The notes under the pieces are model-generated. The model worked only from the letters and a program-made list of their open reading frames with translations. It did not search any database and was not told where the DNA came from. A stretch of 64,000 nucleotides of DNA from Lentisphaeria bacterium. GTDB lineage: Bacteria; Verrucomicrobiota; Lentisphaeria; JABSQK01; JAWLHB01. Below are positions 18,312-27,360 of the stretch, in pieces. A program made the translations under genes and the position numbers. The number at the start of each line of letters is the position of its first letter. Within the stretch, counting starts at the first letter, position 1. The stretch covers positions 62,001 through 126,000 of the forward strand of contig JAWLHB010000014.1 in assembly GCA_041690595.1 (NCBI GenBank), read 5' to 3'.

Positions 18312-19024
18312 ATGAAGCACCACGCATCCTGGTCGCCGAGGACGACCTGCACATCCGTGAAGGACTCGTCGACATGCTGGAAAGTGAAGGCTATGCGGTC
18401 GTCGCGGCGGCGGATGGCCGCGCCGCTGTAGCAGCCTGGGAGACGGCGGGGGCGGAGCTGGTCCTTCTCGACATCATGATGCCGGGGCTGAACGGCTATG
18501 ACGTCTGCCGCGAGATCCGGCGGACGAATGCGTCAGTGCCCATCCTCATGTTGACGGCAAAAGGGCAGGAGATCGACAAGGTGATCGGCCTGGAGCTGGG
18601 CGCGGATGATTACATCACCAAGCCCTTTGGCGTACGTGAACTGCTGGCGCGGGTGCATGCCGCCCTGCGCCGCGCGCGACTGGCCGCCCCGCCCCCGGCG
18701 CCGACGGTGGAGGACGACATTCCAGAGTCCTTTCGCTTCGGGGAGGCACTCATCCATCGCCGCACCTACCGTGGAACCCTCGGGGAAGAGGAGTTCGACC
18801 TGACCTCCCGGGAGATGGAGCTGATTATCTGCTTTCATCAACACCCGCACGAGGTGCTGCGGCGCGAAGAGTTGATGCAGATGGTGTGGGGGCAGCGCTA
18901 TTATGGCACGACGCGTACCCTCGACCAGCATATCGCCCAGTTGCGCAAGAAGATCGAAGCGGATCCCCACAACCCCGCCGTCATCACCACGGCTCACGGC
19001 ATCGGCTATCGCTACGAAGGCTGA
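18308..19024 (+). CDS. OmpR-family response regulator
   Basis: AEDD, LLDIMMP, GADDYITKPF receiver; wHTH RTLDQHIAQLRKKIE...GIGYRY. Confidence 0.96.
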   Translation: MNEAPRILVAEDDLHIREGLVDMLESEGYAVVAAADGRAAVAAWETAGAELVLLDIMMPGLNGYDVCREIRRTNASVPILMLTAKGQEIDKVIGLELGADDYITKPFGVRELLARVHAALRRARLAAPPPAPTVEDDIPESFRFGEALIHRRTYRGTLGEEEFDLTSREMELIICFHQHPHEVLRREELMQMVWGQRYYGTTRTLDQHIAQLRKKIEADPHNPAVITTAHGIGYRYEG

Positions 19025-19153
19025 TATCTGTACGTTGGGGAAGGAAATTCGCCGCGCCATCTTGGCCGTCTGGCTTTCATATTGGAGCTTTTGCGGTTAA
19101 TTATGTGACTGACCGTGACCGCGAGACAACCGACGTTTCCCCAGGGAGGTAAG

Positions 19154-20230
19154 ATGAGCAGGACGTACAATTTCAATGCCGGACCGGCGACGCTGCCGGC
19201 GGCAGTCATGGAGAAGGCGCAGAGCGAGTTCGTGCAATTCGGAAGCCTTGGCTTCGGCATACTCGAGGCGAGCCACCGGAGCCCCGAGTTCATCGCCGTG
19301 GCGGATGCCGCCCAGGCGAACGTCCGGAAGCTGCTGGGCATCGGCGACGACTATGCGGTGCTTTTCCTGCAGGGTGGAGCGAGCCTGCAGTTTTCGATGG
19401 TGCCGATGAACATCATGCGGGAATGGGCCGACTATGCCGACACGGGTTCCTGGAGCAACAAGGCGATCAAGGAAGCGAAGCGCTACGGCAAGGTGAATGT
19501 GGTGGCGTCGAGCAAGGAGAGCAACTACTGCTACATTCCCGCGCTCGACGAGTGGGAGCAGGATCCGAGCGCCAGCTACCTGCATATCACCAGCAACAAC
19601 ACGATCTTCGGCACGCAGTTCCAGAGCTTTCCAGTACCGGCGGCGGGCGTACCTCTGGTCGCCGACATGTCCAGCGATATCATGTCGCGCCCCCTTGATG
19701 TGAGCAGTTTCGGTCTCATCTATGCTGGAGCCCAGAAGAATCTCGGGCCAAGCGGCCTGACCCTGGTGATCATCCGCAAGGACCTGGCGGAACGCGCCGG
19801 CGACCTGCCGACGATGCTGAAGTACACCACCCACATCGAGAACGATTCGATGTACAACACCCCGCCGACCTTTGCCATCTACATGCTCAAGCTGGTCACC
19901 GACTGGGTGGCCGAGCAGGGTGGCGTACAGGGGATGGCCAAGCTCAACGAGGCCAAGGCCGCGCATCTCTACGAAGAGATCGATCGCGACGACTTCTACC
20001 GCGGCTCCGCCAGGGTGGACAGCCGCAGCCTGATGAATGTCACCTTCAACCTGGCGAACGAAGATCTCGAGAAGAAATTCGTGAGCGAGGCGAAGAAGGC
20101 CGGCATGGTCGGGCTGAAGGGGCATCGTTCGGTCGGTGGCGTGCGCGCTAGCATCTACAATGCCATGCCGAAGGAAGGCGTCGAAACGCTCGTCTCCTTC
20201 ATGCAGGAGTTCCGCCGCACCAACGGCTGA
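19154..20230 (+). CDS. serC: Phosphoserine aminotransferase
   Basis: NFNAGPATLP, SHRS, DMSSD, YAGAQKNLG, NTPPTF and GHRSVGG motifs. Confidence 0.97.
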   Translation: MSRTYNFNAGPATLPAAVMEKAQSEFVQFGSLGFGILEASHRSPEFIAVADAAQANVRKLLGIGDDYAVLFLQGGASLQFSMVPMNIMREWADYADTGSWSNKAIKEAKRYGKVNVVASSKESNYCYIPALDEWEQDPSASYLHITSNNTIFGTQFQSFPVPAAGVPLVADMSSDIMSRPLDVSSFGLIYAGAQKNLGPSGLTLVIIRKDLAERAGDLPTMLKYTTHIENDSMYNTPPTFAIYMLKLVTDWVAEQGGVQGMAKLNEAKAAHLYEEIDRDDFYRGSARVDSRSLMNVTFNLANEDLEKKFVSEAKKAGMVGLKGHRSVGGVRASIYNAMPKEGVETLVSFMQEFRRTNG

Positions 20231-20248
20231 AGTAATTGACGAGGTAGA

Positions 20249-22345
20249 ATGGCGGAGTCCTCCGACCACGAGTACGACGATGGACTGGGTCCCGCGCCTG
20301 GCGATGACACCCGCGAAGGGGTGGCCAAGGCGCGGGAGCTGGCCGAGGCGGAAGGAGGCCACTATCGCCATCCGGCGGGCTGGCAGCGCTTTGCCGTGCC
20401 GGTCGTGGCCGTCGCCTGGTCCATCTTTCAGCTGAGCACCGTCTTCAGTTTTTTCCAACTGGACGCGGTGGCGGTGCGGGCGATTCACCTGGCCTTTGCC
20501 CTCTTCATCGTCTTTTTGGAGGCGCCTTTCCTCAAGCGTCGGCACTGGGGGCCGGAGTTCCTGTGGAAGCGAGATCGCCTACCGGTGGCGGATTGGCTGC
20601 TGTCGATCGGCGCCAGCCTCTGCGCGCTCTACATCGTCTTCGACTACGCGCAGCTCAACGAACGGCTGGGGCAACCGCTGCCCCGGGACATTGTCATCGG
20701 CATTCTGTTGCTGGTGGTCCTGCTGGAGGCGACGCGGCGGGTGATCGGCCCCGCCCTCTCGCTGGTCGCCCTGGCCTTTGTCCTCTATGCCTTCTTCGGG
20801 GAGCATGTGCCGCGCTTTCTTTCTTTTCGCGCGCCGTCGCTGCAGCGTCTGATCGGCCAGGTGACGATGACGACGGAAGGGATCTACGGCATCCCGCTCG
20901 ATGTGTCGGCGAAGACGGTCTTCATGTTCGTGCTGCTGGGGGCGATGCTGGATCGCGCCGGGGGTGGTCGCTTCTTCATCCGGCTGGCCTTGAGTCTGCT
21001 TGGCAGCTTTCGCGGCGGCCCGGCCAAGGCGGCGGTTCTGGCGAGCGGCATGACCGGGATGGTCAGCGGTTCGAGCATCGCCAACATCGTCACGACGGGT
21101 ACCTTCACGATTCCGCTGATGAAGAAGGTGGGCTATCCGGCGCGCAAGGCGGCCGCGATCGAAGTGGCGGCGAGTACCGACGGGCAGATCGCGCCGCCGA
21201 TCATGGGGGCGGCAGCCTTCATCATCGCGGAATACGTTGGCGTGCCGTATCTCGAGGTGGTGAAGGCGGCGGCGATACCCGCCTTTGCCAGCTATGTGGC
21301 GCTGCTCTACATCACGCATCTGGAGGCATGCAAGCTTGGGCTGAAGGGGATACCGCGCTCGGAGCTGCCGCGCTTCCGGCCGGTGCTCGCCGAGGGGATG
21401 CACTTCCTGCTGCCTCTGGGGGTCCTCATCTGGGGGCTGGTGATCCGGCGCTTCACGCCGAACACCGCCGCCTTTCATGCGGTCTGGGTCATGGCGGTAG
21501 TCATGCTCATCCAGCATCCGCTGCGAGCGTGGCGAAGGCAGGAGAGCATCTCCGGGGCAGTGAAGCAGGGGCTCCTGGAGCTGATCGGCGGAATGAGTTC
21601 GGGGGCGCGCGCCATGGTGCCCGTAGCGCTGGCCTGCGCGACGGCGGGCATCATCGTCGGCATCGTCGGGTTGGGCGTCGGGGGGCGCATCACCGCCATC
21701 ATCGAGGTCGCTTCCTTTGGGAACATCTTCCTGATGCTGCTGGTGACGGCCATAGTCAGCCTCATGATCGGCATGGGGTTGCCGACGACGGCCACCTACA
21801 TCGTCGTCGCTTCGCTGGTGGCGCCGGCCATCGTCGACGTGGCGGGGGTGCAGAACGTGATCATACCGCTCATCTCGGCGCATCTCTTCTGCTTCTATTT
21901 CGGCATCCTGGCGGACGACACGCCACCGGTGGGGCTGGCCGCCTATGCGGCGGCGGCGATCGCGAAGTCACCGCCGATCGGCACGGGGGTGCAGGCCTTC
22001 ATCTATGACGTGCGTACGGCGATTCTTCCCTTCATGTTTGTCTTCAACAGCGACCTGATCCTCTACGGGATCACCAGTTGGCCACAGGGGCTGTTGATCT
22101 TCGCCATGACCTGCGCGGGAGCAATGGCCTTTGCCGCGGCCACCCAGGGATGGCTCTTCACGGCGAATCGCCCGGTCGAGCTGGTCTTGCTGCTGGCCGT
22201 GACCTTCATTCTGATGCAGCCGGGGGTGATCGCCTGGGGCTGGAGTGTGCCGCACGATTACCGCTATTGGTGTTACCTGCCGGGGCTTGCCATCTTCGCG
22301 ATCGTCTACGTCGCCCAACGGCGTCGTGCCGCCATGGCGGGATAA
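20249..22345 (+). CDS. TRAP/TAXI transporter 4TM/12TM fused permease
   Basis: GGPAKAAV, SGSSIANIVTTG, PPIMGAAAF, GMGLPTTATY and TPPV motifs. Confidence 0.93.
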   Translation: MAESSDHEYDDGLGPAPGDDTREGVAKARELAEAEGGHYRHPAGWQRFAVPVVAVAWSIFQLSTVFSFFQLDAVAVRAIHLAFALFIVFLEAPFLKRRHWGPEFLWKRDRLPVADWLLSIGASLCALYIVFDYAQLNERLGQPLPRDIVIGILLLVVLLEATRRVIGPALSLVALAFVLYAFFGEHVPRFLSFRAPSLQRLIGQVTMTTEGIYGIPLDVSAKTVFMFVLLGAMLDRAGGGRFFIRLALSLLGSFRGGPAKAAVLASGMTGMVSGSSIANIVTTGTFTIPLMKKVGYPARKAAAIEVAASTDGQIAPPIMGAAAFIIAEYVGVPYLEVVKAAAIPAFASYVALLYITHLEACKLGLKGIPRSELPRFRPVLAEGMHFLLPLGVLIWGLVIRRFTPNTAAFHAVWVMAVVMLIQHPLRAWRRQESISGAVKQGLLELIGGMSSGARAMVPVALACATAGIIVGIVGLGVGGRITAIIEVASFGNIFLMLLVTAIVSLMIGMGLPTTATYIVVASLVAPAIVDVAGVQNVIIPLISAHLFCFYFGILADDTPPVGLAAYAAAAIAKSPPIGTGVQAFIYDVRTAILPFMFVFNSDLILYGITSWPQGLLIFAMTCAGAMAFAAATQGWLFTANRPVELVLLLAVTFILMQPGVIAWGWSVPHDYRYWCYLPGLAIFAIVYVAQRRRAAMAG

Positions 22346-22360
22346 TCCCGCGCGGCGGAA

Positions 22361-22393
22361 GCCGCCGGTGACGCGGGGTGCATCACCGGCGGC
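22361..22393. terminator. GC-rich hairpin between convergent genes
   Basis: Perfect 11-bp inverted repeat GCCGCCGGTGA / TCACCGGCGGC; no U-tract. Confidence 0.55.
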
Positions 22394-22408
22394 GGGAGGG
22401 CAATCAGC

Positions 22409-23446
22409 TCAGCCGTAGATGGCTTTCTGGGCGGTGCCCTGAACAGCGCTCTTGTCGGCGAGGTGGAGGATGTGAATGGGGCGACGGCTCCATTCGGGAG
22501 TGATGATCAGTTCCGTGTCCTTGACGAGATGGTCGGCGATGTTCTGGTAGAACTTCTGACCTTCGCTGGGCGGGTTGGCGCCACTGCGCACAATCTTCTC
22601 GCCGTTTTCCGAGGTGAAGAGCTTCCAGGTGCCGCCGTCGAAGACGTAACTGCCCTTGGTGCCGGTGATCTCGAGCTGCCCTTCCTTGGGCTTGTTGTCG
22701 ATGCTGGTGATGGTGAGCGCCAGCCACTGACCGGTGTCGAAGCGGACAACGGCGTGCCCTTCGTCTTCGTTGCAGTCGTGTGCCCAGGCGGTGAGAGGAG
22801 CCCAGAAACCGCACTTGGCATAGCCGCTCACTTCGGTGATCCTGGCCGGCTCGAGGAGCTGCAGGGAGTATTCGAGGAGGTGGACGCCCCAGTCGTAGAG
22901 GATGCCGCCGGAGATTGTCTTGCTCTGGCGCCACCAGTCGCGGGGCTTGCCATGGGCGCCCATGTGGGCCTCGATGCGGATGATGTCGCCGATGACCTTC
23001 TGATTGCGGATCTGCTCGACGGCCTGCAGAATGCAACCGTCCCAGTGGCGGTTATGATAGGTGCTGAGGACGAGATCCTGCTTGCGCGCTTCGGCGATCA
23101 TGGCGTCGCATTCTTCGGTCGTGATGGCCAGGGGCTTTTCGGCCACGACATGGCGGCCGGCCTTGAGGCACTTGAGCGCGAGCTCGGCGTGCGTATTGTG
23201 CGGGGTTATGATCGCCAGGAGGTTGACATCGGACTTGGCGAGCATCTCGTCGACGGAGGAATACGTCTCGATACCGGGGAAATCGACATCGGCAACCTTG
23301 AGCCGCTCAGCGTCGATTTCGGCAACGGCGACGGGAGTCATGCCGGCTTCTTTCATCTGGTTGAGGTGAGCACGCCCCATGTTGAAGGCGCCGCCGTAAC
23401 CGACGACACCGACCTTGATGGCATCAGGAGTGGAAAAATGAGACAT
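22409..23446 (-). CDS. Gfo/Idh/MocA oxidoreductase
   Basis: VGVVGYG, TPHNTH, EKPLA, HNRHWD and DWGVH motifs. Confidence 0.92.
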   Translation of the reverse strand: MSHFSTPDAIKVGVVGYGGAFNMGRAHLNQMKEAGMTPVAVAEIDAERLKVADVDFPGIETYSSVDEMLAKSDVNLLAIITPHNTHAELALKCLKAGRHVVAEKPLAITTEECDAMIAEARKQDLVLSTYHNRHWDGCILQAVEQIRNQKVIGDIIRIEAHMGAHGKPRDWWRQSKTISGGILYDWGVHLLEYSLQLLEPARITEVSGYAKCGFWAPLTAWAHDCNEDEGHAVVRFDTGQWLALTITSIDNKPKEGQLEITGTKGSYVFDGGTWKLFTSENGEKIVRSGANPPSEGQKFYQNIADHLVKDTELIITPEWSRRPIHILHLADKSAVQGTAQKAIYG

Positions 23447-23643
23447 TGTTGAGGAACTCCCCCTTTGGTGTATGGACAATGCGGAACGTCCATCAAGGTA
23501 CGGACGGCGCGAGCGGAATCAAGAGGGAGCAGCACAGAAATCCGAGAAAATGCGGTCTGGAAAGATTGTGGGGCCTGTATCGTGGCGGTGGCGGTGGTAT
23601 GGTACGGGATTGACACACACAAACTTGCCAAGAGGAGAGATGT

Positions 23644-24681
23644 ATGCGATTCATCCATGTGGGAGTGGGGGGCTTCGGCGCCCGATGGGTGCAGGTCCTG
23701 AAGGCCAGCTCGGAGGCGGAGGTCGTGGCGATGGTGGATACGCGCCAGGAGGCACTGGATGCTGCCTGCCAGACCGGCGGGTATGACCGTTCCATCTGCC
23801 ATCCCACGCTGGAGGCGGCCCTTGCCGCGGTCCAGGCGGATGCGGTGGTGGTCTGCACACCGCCGGAGCACCACAAGGCGCCTGTTCTGAAGGCCTTTCA
23901 GCATGGGCTGCACGTGATCAGCGAGAAGCCGATGGCCGACAGTTTTGCCAACTGCAAGGAGATGCTCCAGGCCGCCTACTACACTGGGCAAACCTACGTG
24001 ATCTCCCAGAACTACCGCTACCAGACGAATCCCTGGTCACTGGCCCGGCGTGTCGCCGGCGGCCTCCTTGGCGAGGTCGGACAGGTCAAGGTGGACTTCT
24101 TCATGGGCCACGATTTCGGCGGCGGCTTCCGCCATGAGATGGCCTACCCTCTGGTCGTTGACATGTCGATTCACCACTTCGATCTGATGCGCTTCATCAC
24201 GGGTCTGGATGCCGTGTCGGTGCAGGGGGTGGCGTGGAATCCGCCCTGGTCCAACTACAAGGGGGATTGCTCCAGCTCGCTCACTTTCGAACTCTCCAAC
24301 GGGGCGCACCTCGTTTACAACGCGAGCTGGTGCAGCAAGGGGCAGTTCAACGGGTGGGACGGCAACTGGCAGATCGAGTGCGAAAAGGGCACCCTCGTCT
24401 ATCAGAACAACGAGATTCGCCAGTACAACGTGCCTCACCTCTACAAGGTGGAGAGCGTGGAAGAGGTGGAGAAGATCACGCCGGACATGCAGGGGCAGGA
24501 TTGGGTGCTCGACAACTTCATCTCCTCCATCGGCGCCGGGCAGCGGCCGCCCACGGATGTCTATGACAACATCCGCAGCGTGGGGATGGTCTTTGCGGCC
24601 GTCGAAGCCCTGGAAACGGGGCGGAAGGTGCCGATCCTGGAAGATGACCAGATTGCCCGGATCCTGGCGGAACAAGGCTGA
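23644..24681 (+). CDS. Gfo/Idh/MocA oxidoreductase
   Basis: GVGGFG, EKPMA, QNYRY and DMSIHHFD motifs. Confidence 0.92.
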   Translation: MRFIHVGVGGFGARWVQVLKASSEAEVVAMVDTRQEALDAACQTGGYDRSICHPTLEAALAAVQADAVVVCTPPEHHKAPVLKAFQHGLHVISEKPMADSFANCKEMLQAAYYTGQTYVISQNYRYQTNPWSLARRVAGGLLGEVGQVKVDFFMGHDFGGGFRHEMAYPLVVDMSIHHFDLMRFITGLDAVSVQGVAWNPPWSNYKGDCSSSLTFELSNGAHLVYNASWCSKGQFNGWDGNWQIECEKGTLVYQNNEIRQYNVPHLYKVESVEEVEKITPDMQGQDWVLDNFISSIGAGQRPPTDVYDNIRSVGMVFAAVEALETGRKVPILEDDQIARILAEQG

Positions 24682-26334
24682 TCAGAAGGCTTCCCGCTCC
24701 CCGTCGACAAGGCGCCGCAATGCCGCGAGGCTGGGCGCAACGACGGGGATCTCCGCGTTTGCGGCATGATAGATGGCGTTGAGCGACTCGAAGAGGGCAT
24801 CCAGAGCCGGCGTTCTCGCACCGGCAGCCGCCTTCAAGTTGGCATCGATCTCGGCGCGCAGCCGCACGATCTGCCATCGCCAGGCGGCGCGGCGCTCGTC
24901 GTCGAGGGCATCATCGATATGCCTGGCAAGTGCCAGCGCCGCCTCCACATGCGGCTGGTGTCGGAGGTTGAAGCGGTGGGTGAAGGAGGCGCCTCGCGGA
25001 ATGCGTTCGTGCGTGGCGTACGGGGAGATCTCCTGGCCCTCGTACTGCATCACCAGAAAGGAGTGGGCGTCGGCTTCGAGATAGTGAACAAGGGTGACGA
25101 AATCGTCCGCCAGCTCTTCGCCGACGCAGCTCTCGCCGTACTCGCGCAGGATGGAATCGGCGCCGCGATCGGGATCCCATGCCCACTGCAGCATGAGCGC
25201 CTTGTTGATGTCTTCAAAGATGCCTTCCGAGTAGGGAAAGGTGCCTGCCAGCAGCTTGCCGGTGCGCGCGACATAGCCGCCAAGGTGCCCGGGATAGGGA
25301 TGGGCACCGTAGCCACCCCACGGCAGCCCCGCGTGCATGCTGATCTCGGGGAAGTCGAGGACGGGAAGTCCAGCGGGGACGCTGCGGCGACGGATGGTGT
25401 CCAGGTCGTGCGGGTTGATCATCAGGTAATCGGCCCAGGCGAGGCCGGTTTCCTCCACCTTGCGATAGAAAGCTTCCCATTCGCCGGGAGTGAAGCTGTC
25501 GAAGCACCAGGTGGAGAGGACGATCTTCGTGTCGGGCATCATCTCGCGCACCATGTTGGCGTAAGGCTCGGCGATGCGCAGGTAGCCGTTGGCGCCCCAG
25601 GGAGCACAATCGGCGCAGGTGCAGCCTCCCTGATCGTACGGCCATATCCAGAGGTAGTCGATGCCGATGTCGCGAAAGGCTTCCAGCATCTCGCGACGCC
25701 AGGCGAGGCATTGTTCGATCGCGCCGGTCTTGCTGGGGCAGAGTTCCACGTGATAGTGCCCAGCGAGGTTGCGAACGTAGCCGTTCTGGCCGCCGCGCCA
25801 CTCGGCTCGCAGCTCCTCGGGACTTTCACGGTAAGCCTCGTTGGCGAGTGTGGTCAGCCCCGTCGCCATACCGTTGGCGCGGGCGGCACGGAGCATGGCG
25901 CGCAGGCGCTCCACCATGTCGCGGGCGGCCCGTTCGCTCAGGCTCCGGTAATGATGCATGTCAAACCAGACGGAGAGGGCATTGCATCCCCAAAGCGCCA
26001 GCTCCGCGATATAGTCTTCGACTTCGGCGACGGGGGCATCGTGATAGAAGTTGTGGAAGTGGGTGGCGAAGTACATGCCGCGGACAGGCCGCCGCGGCGT
26101 CGATTCACCCCGCCACTGGGGCGAACGACAATAGCGCCCTGCCCCATAGAGCAAACCGCGGTCGTCACCGCCGGAGATGCGGAGATGAGGCCCCTCATCG
26201 CGAATGGCGAAGGCTTCGGGCGGGAAAGAGCTGTCGCGGCTCAGTCGTATCGTGCCGCTGCCGACCATCCGCGCCAATGCAGCCTCTGCCCGTGCCGTCA
26301 AGTCGCTCGTCGAACCATCTACGCAGACCTTCAT
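24682..26334 (-). CDS. Putative glycoside hydrolase-like protein (GH20/GH67-type N-terminal domain plus TIM barrel)
   Basis: EAFAI...ISGGDDRGLLYG N-terminal pattern, RGMYFATHFHN and WPYDQGGC.C..C. Start uncertain. Confidence 0.55.
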   Translation of the reverse strand: MKVCVDGSTSDLTARAEAALARMVGSGTIRLSRDSSFPPEAFAIRDEGPHLRISGGDDRGLLYGAGRYCRSPQWRGESTPRRPVRGMYFATHFHNFYHDAPVAEVEDYIAELALWGCNALSVWFDMHHYRSLSERAARDMVERLRAMLRAARANGMATGLTTLANEAYRESPEELRAEWRGGQNGYVRNLAGHYHVELCPSKTGAIEQCLAWRREMLEAFRDIGIDYLWIWPYDQGGCTCADCAPWGANGYLRIAEPYANMVREMMPDTKIVLSTWCFDSFTPGEWEAFYRKVEETGLAWADYLMINPHDLDTIRRRSVPAGLPVLDFPEISMHAGLPWGGYGAHPYPGHLGGYVARTGKLLAGTFPYSEGIFEDINKALMLQWAWDPDRGADSILREYGESCVGEELADDFVTLVHYLEADAHSFLVMQYEGQEISPYATHERIPRGASFTHRFNLRHQPHVEAALALARHIDDALDDERRAAWRWQIVRLRAEIDANLKAAAGARTPALDALFESLNAIYHAANAEIPVVAPSLAALRRLVDGEREAF

Positions 26335-26432
26335 GATGAAACTCCAGCTCTTGCGCTTGCTTTTCGCGGCCCTCACCATTTTGTTAATGCACCGTCATAC
26401 CTTATCACTCCCTCAGCCAGAGGACGACCGTC

Positions 26433-27182
26433 GTGCCCCATAGAATCATCATTCTGCTGATCCTCCTTACTTTCACAACTGCCACGCATCGGATAACCGC
26501 GGCCGAGCTGAAGCCGGAATTGGCTGCCACGATGGATCGTTGGGAGAAGAGTTGGAACGCCGGGGATCTGGAGGCACTGGCCGCGGTGCAACCGACCAGT
26601 GTGCACTTCCGGGATAGCTTCGAGTTCTGGTTCAAGGTCTACGGCAAGATCACGGGCTACATGCTCAAGACGACATTGCCGGAGCCGGAGAGTCATATTC
26701 TGCGGTTGAGCTTCGAGAAGCTGGGCGAAAGTCCGGCCCTTTTCACCTTCCGGCAGAGCGAAGATGGCACCTGGCAGGTGGCGGAATTCAATCTGGGCAG
26801 GGATACGACGCAGGAGCGCAACGACGCTGCCATGGAGAATCTCCTGCGGCTGTGGAAGGAGGCGTTCAATTCAGGCTCAATGGAGCGGGCCATCGCCCTG
26901 CATCACCCGACAGCTCCGCTGCGCCTGGCCTTTCACCACCAGGAGGGGATGAAGGAGCACATCACGGAGGGGTGGAAAGAGATCATGGCGGAATTCGGTC
27001 AGCTCACTGCATTTGAGCTGAAGGGGTACAATCAGGATCAGGGGAAGTACCTGGTACTCGCCAGCCATGAGAAAGCCGGGGAGGTCCCCACCACCTTCAT
27101 TATCCGCCAGCGTCAGGAAGGCCCATGGGCGATCTACGACTTCGATTTCGATGTCGGTGACACATCCGGTTTCGCCGATTGA
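26433..27182 (+). CDS. Secreted protein with two tandem NTF2-like repeats
   Basis: Signal peptide; internal duplication (WEKSWNAG..FEKLGE..RQSEDGTW vs WKEAFNSG..HEKAGE..RQRQEGPW). Confidence 0.6.
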   Translation: MPHRIIILLILLTFTTATHRITAAELKPELAATMDRWEKSWNAGDLEALAAVQPTSVHFRDSFEFWFKVYGKITGYMLKTTLPEPESHILRLSFEKLGESPALFTFRQSEDGTWQVAEFNLGRDTTQERNDAAMENLLRLWKEAFNSGSMERAIALHHPTAPLRLAFHHQEGMKEHITEGWKEIMAEFGQLTAFELKGYNQDQGKYLVLASHEKAGEVPTTFIIRQRQEGPWAIYDFDFDVGDTSGFAD

Positions 27183-27360
27183 TCCTGCTCGGGGTACTTC
27201 CCCTCACAACACGCCAAAATTGGCCCAACGGAGAGGGGGGACCAACTGTTGGCAGGGAAGGTGCCGGTTGAGCTGAGCCGCAGCTTTGAAAATGCGCAGG
27301 CGGCAGCGCCTCCCCAGCGGGCCCGGGGCAGCGCTCCGCCGATCCTCGCTGCGTCCCTTC

